Assembly (NCBI GenBank): GCA_008632985.1
Contig: QPGO01000166.1
Coordinates: 124,001-162,867, forward strand
Reading direction: 5' to 3'
Length of the DNA: 38,867 bases
From: Psammoneis japonica
Lineage: Eukaryota
Position numbers and translations under genes: made by a program. This document shows positions 1-10,260 of this stretch, one piece after another (position 1 is the first letter of the stretch; each line of letters opens with the position of its first letter). The notes beneath the pieces are model-generated. The model saw only the letters and a list, made by a program, of their open reading frames with translations. It was not told the DNA's origin and did no database searches.

Positions 1-22
1 AACTCTGAGTGAATGAACACAT

Positions 23-28
23 AAAAAA
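23..28 (-). terminator. Pol III oligo-T terminator of the tRNA gene
   Basis: T6 immediately follows the discriminator base on the minus strand. Confidence 0.8.
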
Positions 29-196
29 TGACATCGGCAGGATTTGAACCTGCGCCAATTAAGAATACGACCTGAACGTACCGCCTGGATGGATTGGGTG
101 ACACGGGTCGAAATGATGTGAGAGAAGTGTGGAAAATGGCGGTAGGTGGTGTTCCCAGGATGCAGCACTGACCTTAGACCACTCGGCCACGATGTC
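29..196 (-). tRNA. tRNA-Leu(CAG), two exons (196-173 and 84-29) separated by an 88-nt insert in the D-stem
   Basis: Joined exons give an 80-nt cloverleaf: acceptor GACATCG/CGATGTC plus discriminator A, D-stem GCC/GGC, anticodon stem GTACG/CGTAT with loop TT-CAG-GT, long variable region, T-arm GCAGG-TTCAAAT-CCTGC. A-box TGGCCGAGTGG and B-box GGTTCAAATCC are intact. Confidence 0.93.
85..172 (-). other. GT-AG, spliceosomal-type intron inside the tRNA-Leu gene (about position 23/24)
   Basis: Minus strand reads AAG|GTCAGT ... TTCTCTCAC (126-118) ... CCATCCAG|GCG; removing it restores the D-stem exactly. Confidence 0.75.
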
Positions 197-220
197 TAGG
201 CATTTATGTGAATCTTTTGG

Positions 221-229
221 TATATAAAA
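221..229 (-). promoter_or_regulatory. TATA-like element 25-33 nt upstream of the tRNA
   Basis: TTTTATATA on the minus strand at the spacing typical of TATA-containing Pol III genes; it could instead serve the divergent gene at 356. Confidence 0.4.
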
Positions 230-355
230 TGTTTTTCTTTGTAGGGACTGGGAACTGAGAGGTCTGAATAAACTCCTCTGCAATGGCAGGTAGCAGCGCA
301 TTCGATACTCGAAGAGGACGTAAGGCCTTACATTACAGAAAGCAACACCAACACA

Positions 356-1207
356 ATGATATGGCGAAGACTTTTTCCCGCTGAAGGAGGAGGGGCTTTG
401 CGTCGATGGACCAGAGTAAAGAAAGATCTGATTGTGAAGGCACTCGACTCGGAGCATGTCTTGAAAGGTCCGATCACTATCTTCGATTTCGCGCAACATG
501 ACGATGCAGTCGATGCGGCCGCGGTAGATCATGGTCCAACCAAAGGAGGATGGCGAATTTCAGATGATGAAGTAATCGGAGGATTCTCGAGAGGGTCAAT
601 GTCACTGATTTATACACAGGAATGCTACAAGCGAGCAATGCGTGGAGAAAAGCCAGTTCCGATCAAGATCCAGGAGAAAACTGACCCACATTTTATACCC
701 TTTATTCGATGGAAGGGAAAGATTGATACTCGAATCGGAGAAAATAGTAGAGTGGCAAGGTCTGGCTTTTGTGCGATTCGATCGCCTGAATTTCCCATGG
801 GTGGTGCAGACCTCGAAAACAAGTACAATGCATTGGAATTACTGTGCAGAAGTGATGGGAGGGTTTACACGGTGAATCTAAAGGTATCGAGCTATTTTCC
901 AGATGACCTTTACCAGGCTATCATTTCCGTTCCTCCAACTCATCCAAACAAAAGTGAAATATGCGACAAAACTGGAGGAGAATTTGCGCAACTAGTCATG
1001 CCATTCCGAGATTTTCTTCTCACGGCGAACGGGCGAGTACGAGAAGTGCAACGCGAATTAGATGGCGGGGTTCGAATTGAACACATCGGCATTACTCTGA
1101 TGGATGGTGAGGACGGGGACTTTGAGTTTGATCTTGCCCGTGTCAGAGCAATCAATTACTATCACGGCGAAATTCTTGGAGAAGACGATGAAGATACTCC
1201 GTACTAG
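356..1207 (+). CDS. Complex I intermediate-associated protein 30 (CIA30/NDUFAF1) family protein
   Basis: Motifs [46 protein letters not shown] match the CIA30 domain; intact 283-aa ORF. Confidence 0.88.
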   Translation: MIWRRLFPAEGGGALRRWTRVKKDLIVKALDSEHVLKGPITIFDFAQHDDAVDAAAVDHGPTKGGWRISDDEVIGGFSRGSMSLIYTQECYKRAMRGEKPVPIKIQEKTDPHFIPFIRWKGKIDTRIGENSRVARSGFCAIRSPEFPMGGADLENKYNALELLCRSDGRVYTVNLKVSSYFPDDLYQAIISVPPTHPNKSEICDKTGGEFAQLVMPFRDFLLTANGRVREVQRELDGGVRIEHIGITLMDGEDGDFEFDLARVRAINYYHGEILGEDDEDTPY

Positions 1208-1371
1208 AGAGTCTCTCGACTGCAGTATCAATGACAACAGCGTGAGGTTTTCACTTTCTACAACATGTGGAGTATGCGTAAGGAGTAACAATACGACTTG
1301 AGCTCTTTGCGATAAGTTCAAGACATTTAAAGAGACTTGCTTTGTGGTGGAATCTACATATGTAGCCAACG

Positions 1372-4300
1372 TTATGCCCGCTTTCTATCAGGCGGACAAA
1401 ACGTAGTCTTAACCATAAAGGAGAGATCTGGGATCTGACCCATCAATCGCCTCGCTGCATCCGTAACCTGTGTTTCTTCAGATTCCCCCGCCTTATTTGA
1501 GTCTATTTTGCCAACTTTACTGGGCGTACGGTTTTCGATGGGCTTCTTTGCAGGTGGGAGTGCCACAATTGTCCCTCCTGCAGAGGACCCAGTCGCTGGA
1601 GAGGAGCGACTCCCCACTTTACGCGTAGTTTCATTTGCAGCATTTCCCGTATCGTTGTTTGATTGGTTTGACTTCCTTGAAGCCGGGATACTCGCCCGCG
1701 GTCCCCGTTCCGTGGCAGGCTTTTTCGCCGGTGAAACATTTGCGCTTCCACCACTATTTCGATTGGCTATCTTAATTGCAAAAACGTCCGGCACCGCAAG
1801 TCTCCGGGGAGTTTGCTCTTGTCGCCGTTTCACACCTTCTCGAAATTCAGCCTCGGAAGACGACAATAACCCACCAATTCGAAACGAGAATGGCGTGTAT
1901 GAATGAATGCAATTGTTGACGACAACAGCACTCAGAGCGTCCTCTTTTCCCGCGCCTAGGTCTAAATTGGACGCAAGTCCATCACGAGACCAACGACGAG
2001 CTCTGGTATCTCTGCAAGGAGGACACGAACCCTATGATAGGTGGAACAAAAGCAAGATATCAGCACAAAACTATCTTCACTGGAGACAAGCAAAGGAGTG
2101 AGTTCTGACACCACTCTTACCAGAATTCTGCTAACAGCAACTCGTTCCTGGGTGTTCTCATGTATGTCGTCGTCGCTTTCGTCTTCCATATCCCGACCGA
2201 AAACTTTGTCAAACACGAGCTGGGAATTGGCCAAGAAGGAGTCGCCACCGTTTGCTCCAGAAGGCGGAGGAACGTTCTCTAAGGGCTCCGAGCTGTGCCT
2301 TGTTGTTTGCTCCCTTGGAGTTACAGATTCGAAGTCTCCAAACTCCCCAAACTCCTCGTCGCCATCAACTTCCCCACCAACCTTGTCTTCGGTTGGGGAT
2401 GCAACGGCAACTTCGGGAGGTCCAGCATCTTTAATAGCGTCGCTAGGCACTTCGCTGGTCGGTTCACAAAAGGACCCAAACTCCCCAAATTCGTCCTCTT
2501 CTTCTTCGGACGTGCCTCGCAAGTCCCCTGCTTCATCTAGTTTCTTCTCGCCAATCGTGGGCGGTTGTCAGATTCCTTTGCCTCGGTAAAGGTACCAAAG
2601 TCGCCAAATTCATCTTCGTCGGTTTCATCAGCAGCGTTTGCGGTTCCCGTCCCGCTAACTTTATTTTCATCCGCCACGTCGGAACGGCTATCCATATATG
2701 TTTGTCAGTTTTCGACAACACTGTACCATCTTTGGAAGACGCGAATTCGCCGAACTCATTTTGGTGTTCCGAAGCATCTAAGGCTGGCTCCGAAAACGAC
2801 CCAAAGTCACCAAATTCATCTTCTTCTGGAGATTTTTGTGATGCGGGCGGCCCCGAGTTTTCGTTTGAGGCTCCAGCGCCGCTGACTTTACTACCGTCCA
2901 TAACATCGGAAATGCTATCGACAGTCTGGCCGTCAATTTTCGACAACACAAAACTCTCTTTCGGAGACTCGAATTCAACGAACTCATTTTGAGGTCCCGG
3001 AGCATCTAAGACTGGCTCCGGAAACGACCCAAAGTCTCCAAACTCATTTTCCCCGGAGATGAATCCGGTCCTGATTTAATCTGCTGAATCTCTCTTTCGC
3101 CCCACTCGTGGTTTTCTTCCTCACCTTGGTCGACTTTCTCGACAGAGCCTTCGTCGGGTTCCGTGTTGATGCCTTCCCCTGGCGCTGTGTCTTGAGCGAC
3201 ACCAAAGTGAAATTCACCATCGTCTGCAATCGGAGTGCTTTTAGCTGCATTTACATGTAGTGGCTGACCCGATTTTCTACCTTCAGTGCCTGTCAACGCA
3301 GCATTATTGGCTGAAGAGCCAACGAAGTCATGATCTGTCATTTCGTCATTATCAGTAGCAAGCTGTCCGAATCCTTCAATTGGCGCTGCTGAAGCGACTG
3401 TGTCTTCCACAGCGTCAGGAATGAATTGTGAAGTGGCTTTGTCTGCTACATCCGCCTCTTCCATCGTGCCAAAATCGCCGAATTCTTCGTTCGTCAATTC
3501 AGTGCCTCCGGCTTCATCTTTCGTCGCGTCAGTCTTTGCCTCCACTGCTTCGTCCCCTAAATCTTGAGTTTCCGTCACATGGCCGTCACCTGATGTGTCT
3601 AATCTGTCTTGGGCCAGATCAATATGCGAATCTGCTTCGAAGATTCTTCATTGTTGGAAAGTGACGAGCTAGCCTTGTCTGAAGTAAACTCGCCGAATTT
3701 GTCGCTAGTGTAGATTCGATATTTTGCATCGATGTAGAATCGTCCTCCGAGAGGTTGTGTGAAGCGATTTTGGATGCATTATTGATGCGTGCCTCTTCGA
3801 AAGTGCCAAACCCACCAAATGCTTCCTTTTCTTCTTCTCCGCTTTCTATCTTGGACTGGCCGCTGAATAAGTCATCTTGAAGGTCAATGCCCGACGTCGT
3901 CGCAACGTCTTGGGTTGCTGGAGGGACTTCACTCATCTCTGTTGAGAAGAAGTTGGCTGTTTTGGGTTGGCAAACATTTTCGGTTGACTGAGCAAACTCA
4001 ATTAATGGCGCTTCTCTGGGTGTCTCTCCCGCGGCGCATTCGTCTGATGTTACAGCGGCGGGTAACGCTGAAGTATCCACGTCGTTGGTATTTGGATCAG
4101 TTGTATTATTCTCTGTTCCAGTGTACTGCAAATCTCCAGCATCGTCGAGACTATCATCAATCGGTACGGGAGATCTATCGTCTGAAACCACCGGTGATGC
4201 GCACGTACCGCTGGTTTCTTCGAGGGAAGCGCTGCCTTCTTCCGGGAGGAGCTCCGATGCAATCTGAGGCGTCTCCGAGACACTTGGTGGTGAGGCATCT

Positions 4301-4958
4301 CCGCCGCTAGATTGGGCGGCCTTTAGTTCATCAAAGACATGATCGGTTTTGCTTTCGGCGTCATCGATAACAACGCCATTGACGTCGAGGAGGCTGTTCG
4401 CGGTTTCAGTTGCATCTGCCGGGTCGGGCGAGCCTGTCACAAAATCTCTGATACCTATCGTCTCAGTAATTCCTTCACCATCATTGAGAGTTTTGATTTC
4501 TGTAGTTTCCATCAAGACGCCATTGGAATTGATGGCGCTTGAGTCATAGCATTCGTCTTCACAATCAGGTTTCAGTGTGCCAGCACTTGGCGTTGTTGCG
4601 TCATGTTTGATGTTGTTGTGCTCCTTTTCTTCGCCTTCCTTATCAAAGAAAAGCTCTTCAGCGACATCCTTATTTTTCTCTATCTCCTTAACATCATGGT
4701 CTCTTCTGTTTTGGGAATGGAGATTGCATTCTCGTTCTCGCTGAATGCGATGATACCATGAGCAGGGCTGCCACTAGAAGACTCTGTCGCGTTGTTATGC
4801 GACGGATGTACCACCAGGCCTTCAGATGGAAAAGGATCTTCGCCATTGCCAATCTCCTTTATTTTTGCGTGATCGTTCTCAAGGTCATTGCCAGCATCAA
4901 GTGACCCGAGCTGGTGTGCTTCCGCGTTCTCTTCCGGTTGTGCTTCCATAGCTGTCAC
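1372..4958 (-). CDS. Large acidic aftiphilin-like protein with repeated [DE]FG[DE]F motifs; frame broken by several single-base indels
   Basis: Consecutive minus-strand ORFs of the same composition carry many EFGDFGxF/EFGEFGSF motifs (gamma-adaptin ear-binding type); C-terminal IPDLSFM resembles the aftiphilin C-terminus. Start not defined. Confidence 0.6.
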
Positions 4959-5329
4959 TTCTGTATCATTTCAATCTCCTTAGCGACTTAGAAATAAATC
5001 AGAAAGCGTTCGAAAATATATCCAGTTCTTAACGGCGATGACAATGGGTCCTTCTACTCTCTGGTTTCCAGTTGTTGTTCACCAGACTCAGATCATGGCG
5101 GCGGCTCATTGTGAAAGAGGAGTCAAAAGTCGCGGTCCACGTGCAGGCGACGCGTGTGAAAGACAGACCTTTACGTAGAAAATATACCAGCACCCACGAT
5201 CCGCCTGGCAAATCCGTCTGTGTCGCGTATCGCGTGTCACATCTTCTTTCGCAGAGAGACCATGAACAATACGACGCCTGTACAGTAATCGAAATCTAAT
5301 TCCATTGCGAGACTTGCAACCGAAGAAAG

Positions 5330-7860
5330 ATGAACAGTGGCTATTTTACACCCGGCAGCTCAGGAGCACGTTCAGGAATAGTCCAAGCAAGAAGCGTGCC
5401 GAGACCTGTTCAAACTTCCTCTCTCAAGGCTGAAAACGGAGGTCAAGATATCAACGTACCGCTTGTGCATAGAGCAGGCCAAGTAGGATGGGGTTTGAGT
5501 TCCTCCCCACCGAAACAGTCCAGCGAACAAGAATCTGTGAAGGAACAAGATCCCCAAGGAGCAAGCGAAAAACAAAGCGATTCCGTGGTCGATCGTCAAG
5601 ACGCAGGCTCACGGAATCATCACGCCGTGACAGATAAACCTTCTCGATTGGAGAACGCCAATAGGAATAGCAGCGACGAAGGCGTTTCTGGTCGATCAAA
5701 TAATGATGATGAGCGCTATTCACATCAGTATCGTCATCACAATGCTGAGAATATCCCGAGACAGGATCAAAGATATTATCAGCAGCGTTACCCAGCTCCA
5801 GAACAATCAAGATACCACGAGCGTTCTTTTCCGAGAGAAAATCGACGTTGGACTGATGGTTACCAGAGACGACGCACAGATGGATACGGGTACGTTTTAA
5901 TCGAGGTTTCATACATTTTGAAACGTGAAAAGAGTGTCATCATGTACTATGCTGCACACTGCACTCATTTCTCTCGTTTCCTCGTGCGGGTGCAGGGATG
6001 ACAGAGACTTCCGCCGTCATGATCTTTACAGTAATACTGATGTTGACGAAAGGTATCGATACGATCGACAATCTCGTGCATATTCTGATAGATATGGTAA
6101 GAAACAGTTCATGCGCTGAAAGAGTCCACTCTGGATACTGGATACCGCTCAATTCCTCTCATGTCCTTCTTCAGACAACAGCCCATCGCCTCGGTTTGGC
6201 AGTCGGCAGCCTTACAGCGCCGGCCAAAATGTGGTATGTTATCGGGCTATCATGTGCTGCTTTTTTTCTTTGGTAACAGAGAAATGTCATTGCCTGTCGT
6301 AGGAATAATTCTAACACTACCCTGTGTTGCTTGTTGCTTTGCCGTTGACAGCAGCCTCCGATGGCCCACGAAGCAGATGAACATGCGCAAATGGACGAAG
6401 ATGTGCAGAAGAAGGCTGACTTCCGACCAACTATTATGACAAGGAGTAGATCTGTACAGACAAGTGGCGAGTCCACACGTGAACCTGAGCATCATTCGGA
6501 GGAGACAGAAGAAACAGAGGAGGCCGACTGCACTGAAGATGTGACACAGAGCAACAATAGTGAGGTGAGCTTTCAAATACACGCAACGCTATTGAATTAT
6601 ACTGTATGATTTACGAAATCAAATCTGACCGGCGCTGTTATGTCTGACTGCTCAACAGGACGGTGCAGAAGATTCAACCCCGTACATCCAGAAGGTGAAT
6701 CTAGTCGAAGAAGAAGGGATAAACGAGGAAGAAAAGGAACGCAGGAGACAGGAAATGGTCATCGAACAGCAGCAAAACATCCTACGCCAAGTCAAGGCAG
6801 TCAGAGCATCGAAAGAATCAAGAAGAATAGACGCGGTGAGTCTTTCAAAACGTTTCCAAGAGCTGCTATGTTGCCCACAAAAGTTTTCACCATGCTTTTT
6901 GCATTCCGCTTATAGGAAGAGAATGCGCGTGAAAATAAACTCATCCGAACGCCAAATCGAAGACCGGCGGATGCTGACACGGATGAATCGAAGGCAGTGC
7001 GGGATGAGTATGCTCGAACTCGGCGTCCACGAACTAAAGGACTCCTTTATCGGCGTTTGCCTGACGGAAAAGTAGAGCGTGTAGGCCCAAATTCAGATCC
7101 CGACCCGAGTCTGGCGCAAGAAGACGAAGAAATGTCTGCTACACCCAAAACGTCAGAACCGGGAGAGCAAAAGGCAGCCCCGAAACCGCCACCGAAAAAC
7201 CCGTGGAAGATTGACCCCCCACTTGAAATCGCGCCTTCGCAAGCGGATCTGGAATCATTTCCGGACCTCGCATATGTGCACTCTGAGGCTTTTGAGCAAG
7301 CTAAATCACAAGGCACGAAGCAGCTCAACGAAATCGTGACAAGTCCGGGTAGTTCTCAGCCGGAAAGCGAGGACACTGACAAAGGTAAGCTTTGTTACGC
7401 GAAAAATTGTCTTTGGACTTTTCTTCGTTATCCTTCATCGAAACGTCTCCCTCTTGTTTCCTTTAAAAAAGCATCTGCAGATAAAACATCCACCAGCCGC
7501 GGAAGCAAAGACGTTGGCGACACCGTTGGCGAATCAAGTACGTCGCCTCCTTCCCCTTCTTCCCATCAACTCGAGAGTAGCAAAAATGATACAGACCGAA
7601 AGTCCCGTTATACCAAGAAACAAAGGCCTAAGGCAAAGACCAGCACCGGAAGTCCGCAAGATTCCTCCACGTTTCAAAAAGGCGGAAAGGGAAAATTCGG
7701 GAAACAAAAGAATCGCTACGGGAGAGTAGGAAAGGGCACAGGAGCGGCAGGAACAACATCGCACAAAAAGTCACCGCAGAGTCCCGACAAACCAGCTCAC
7801 AACGGCAAGAGAAAGGAAAGGAGAAAGAAAGCTGCCATAGCCGAGGTTCGCGAATCGTAG
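5330..7860 (+). CDS. Multi-exon hypothetical low-complexity, charged protein
   Basis: Donor sites near 5890, 6097, 6233, 6565, 6836 and 7385 with YAG acceptors link R/D/E/K-rich segments; stop at 7858-7860. No family recognised. Confidence 0.7.
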
Positions 7861-8259
7861 TGAGTCTATTGCACTCGGCAAACCTGATGATTGAGGCACG
7901 GGAGTTTAGAAATAAAGTTGTGGGCTGTGCACGGGGACGTGAAAGCCCACACAGGTATCCATACCGGTGCAAGAGCTTCGGCGTGGGTTTCCGTGTACGA
8001 TTTCTAAATGATCTATTAGAAGCGTTATTCCTGATGTATTGAAATATAATGTGCAGACGCCATCGCAGTACGTTGACGATGAATGTGTTGGACACAAGCC
8101 AGCTAGGTTACCAACGACTCCCTAACATTTTGCAGCGCCCCTAACGAACATGCTCAACATAACTGCCTCCTTGAACTTCTTCAAAAGATATCATATTGTT
8201 TTCCCAGCGTGACGCGGCACTACGGGTGGGTTTTAACTTCAACCCCCCTGATAATTCAA

Positions 8260-8733
8260 CTAACGAAACCGGAAAGTGATTCTCCCGCGAGTCAGATCGT
8301 ACGGACTCAATTCTATAGTGACTTTGTCTCCAACGAGAATCTTGACGAAATTTTTCCTAATTCTTCCACTGATGGTGGCAAGGACGGGTTCCTGTGTCTC
8401 GGGAGCTCCATCAATAGCACAGCGAAACATTGCATTTGGAAGACTCTCGAGCACGGTGGCCTCGACCTCGATGACATCATCCTTTTGTTTCTTCACCCTC
8501 TCGGTTTTATTTTTACGCTCGTTTCCTTTGGCACGAGCTGCTTTCTTTCCAAACAATGCGGTCACGGAAATACTTTGATACGATGTGGTCGATACAGGGA
8601 TGAAGTTGCAAGGGCTTGGCGCGCTTGACCGATTATTGCAGCGACCCACTTTGGGCAAGACAGAGAATCCACGCACTTCAGCCAATGGAAAAGCTACGAA
8701 AGCACAGAAAATCAGAATCAGTGATTTCATCAT
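8260..8733 (-). CDS. infA: Nuclear-encoded, plastid-targeted translation initiation factor IF-1
   Basis: C-terminal S1/IF-1 domain ([17 protein letters not shown]...[35 protein letters not shown]); N-terminal signal peptide ending VRG-F, then a Ser/Arg-rich transit peptide. Confidence 0.95.
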   Translation of the reverse strand: MMKSLILIFCAFVAFPLAEVRGFSVLPKVGRCNNRSSAPSPCNFIPVSTTSYQSISVTALFGKKAARAKGNERKNKTERVKKQKDDVIEVEATVLESLPNAMFRCAIDGAPETQEPVLATISGRIRKNFVKILVGDKVTIELSPYDLTRGRITFRFR

Positions 8734-9101
8734 TGTCGATCCTCAGCGTCACAAAACAAGAAGCAATTGGAAGTGCACCACAGCGAACGCTCTCGTTAAC
8801 GATGTTTTCGCACCGCCACCCACCACCATCGATCCGTTCCCCCCAGAAACAGACGTCATTCAATCAATCATCGCAATTTGCGCGCGAAACGATGGATGGA
8901 ATCAAGCGACTAGACTTTTGTCGGAGGGAAGTTTTGATTCCACGTGGAGCGAGCGCTCAAGGGGGTACCGGGTAGGGGCCTGCAATGACAGCGACAAGGC
9001 AGGACTGGTTGGGTGTTCTCGTTGCGGTTGTTGAGTGCTCTTCATGGATAGCTCATAGATCGAAAGAATTGTGTGCTGGCTCACTTTTACACAAAGCCGA
9101 G

Positions 9102-9935
9102 ATGTTTGAAGACGTCACCTATCCCCAAGCGTCCGGCGTGCTCGTTCTCCTTCTGATCATTGCTGCGACGCTTGCCTATCTCAGTAATATGGCCGTGATG
9201 CTGCCAAAGCGAAAAAAGGATACTGCATGGACTGAGGAGTTGAAACAAAGTAAGGTCTCTTCCAAAGATAATGCAGAGGGACCACTGAAAACCATTTGGA
9301 ATTCTACGCTGGGGGCTGCGAGAGGAGAATCAGCTCAAGGGACGAGAGATAAACCTGTTGACAGACCCTTTGGATCCAGCTACTACTATGCACACAATAG
9401 CTCGAAAAGCAAAGGGGGGTATGCTGACGGACTGAAAATGGAGGACTACCAAATGAATAAACCACGCCTCTTGAGCCGAGGTGGCGTATCCGAGAAAATA
9501 AATGATCAAGACTCGATAACTGAGGCGGTCACAAAAAAGCCAAGCTCGAAGAGAGTTATAGAGAGCAACAACGAAAAGCTCGCTCTGAATGGAATTCCAA
9601 TCACGAAATATATGTGGGATGATTCTGGGGATTCGAAAACTGGACTTGCGACAATCAGAATAGACACCCTTCCCGGAAAAGCAACCTCAGCTCCTATTGC
9701 CTTGAAAGATGCAAGTGTCACGGATGTTTCTGCCAAGGTTGTTAAAAACGGATTGTTGGTAACCGTCAAGAGTGCATCTGACGAGTATTTTCTGCACTTG
9801 CCAACTCTTTACGGTGAAGTCGATGACGTGAAAGCAATCCTAAAACCAAAGCGTTTGCTAGTTAAGGTTTACAAGAAGAAAAGAGGTGGAGGGAAGAAGA
9901 CCAACCTGAACGCGTGGCCGCATCCCTATCGGTAG
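9102..9935 (+). CDS. Membrane-anchored CS/p23-like domain protein
   Basis: N-terminal hydrophobic helix, SSYYYAH motif, ITKYMWDD...LxxLYGEV...LLVKVYK pattern of CS domains. Start at ATG 9102 is inferred; the ORF opens at 8985. Confidence 0.65.
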   Translation: MFEDVTYPQASGVLVLLLIIAATLAYLSNMAVMLPKRKKDTAWTEELKQSKVSSKDNAEGPLKTIWNSTLGAARGESAQGTRDKPVDRPFGSSYYYAHNSSKSKGGYADGLKMEDYQMNKPRLLSRGGVSEKINDQDSITEAVTKKPSSKRVIESNNEKLALNGIPITKYMWDDSGDSKTGLATIRIDTLPGKATSAPIALKDASVTDVSAKVVKNGLLVTVKSASDEYFLHLPTLYGEVDDVKAILKPKRLLVKVYKKKRGGGKKTNLNAWPHPYR

Positions 9936-10260
9936 CATCGGGAAGTAATTTGCTACCCATAACATAGCGACGGGTCTATCTTTTGTAGTTTGGCCCTCGT
10001 CTTCTCTTCTCTGCTTGGGAGTTCTTTGGCGTCTACAGCATGTCGCAGCACCTTGTAGTGACACAATGAGCTGAAACCTGAAAGAGATGTAGATTGCAAG
10101 ACAAAGGAAAAAGCGAAGCTCGCGACACCAAAGAGAAGCATAAAAATAAGTCTTAGGAACTGTAGTAGTACGAGCGCAACAAGTCAACTGCGAATTTTGC
10201 CACTGCTTCGGTACGAGCAATTGACAGAGGCTGTCTCTTGTTCCAACGCCATTGGGAGAC

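Noticed and set aside
85..172. Canonical or BHB-type tRNA intron
   Set aside because: The position is not 37/38 and I could not find a bulge-helix-bulge pairing by eye; a folding run is needed to exclude it fully.
59..532. 157-aa minus-strand ORF across the tRNA, which could make the insert an mRNA intron
   Set aside because: It is antisense to CIA30, has no recognisable protein features, and the flanks are fully explained as tRNA; an overlapping Pol II transcript cannot be excluded.
8260..8733. Bacterial-type infA as horizontal transfer or contamination
   Set aside because: The bipartite plastid presequence indicates an ordinary nuclear-encoded plastid protein.
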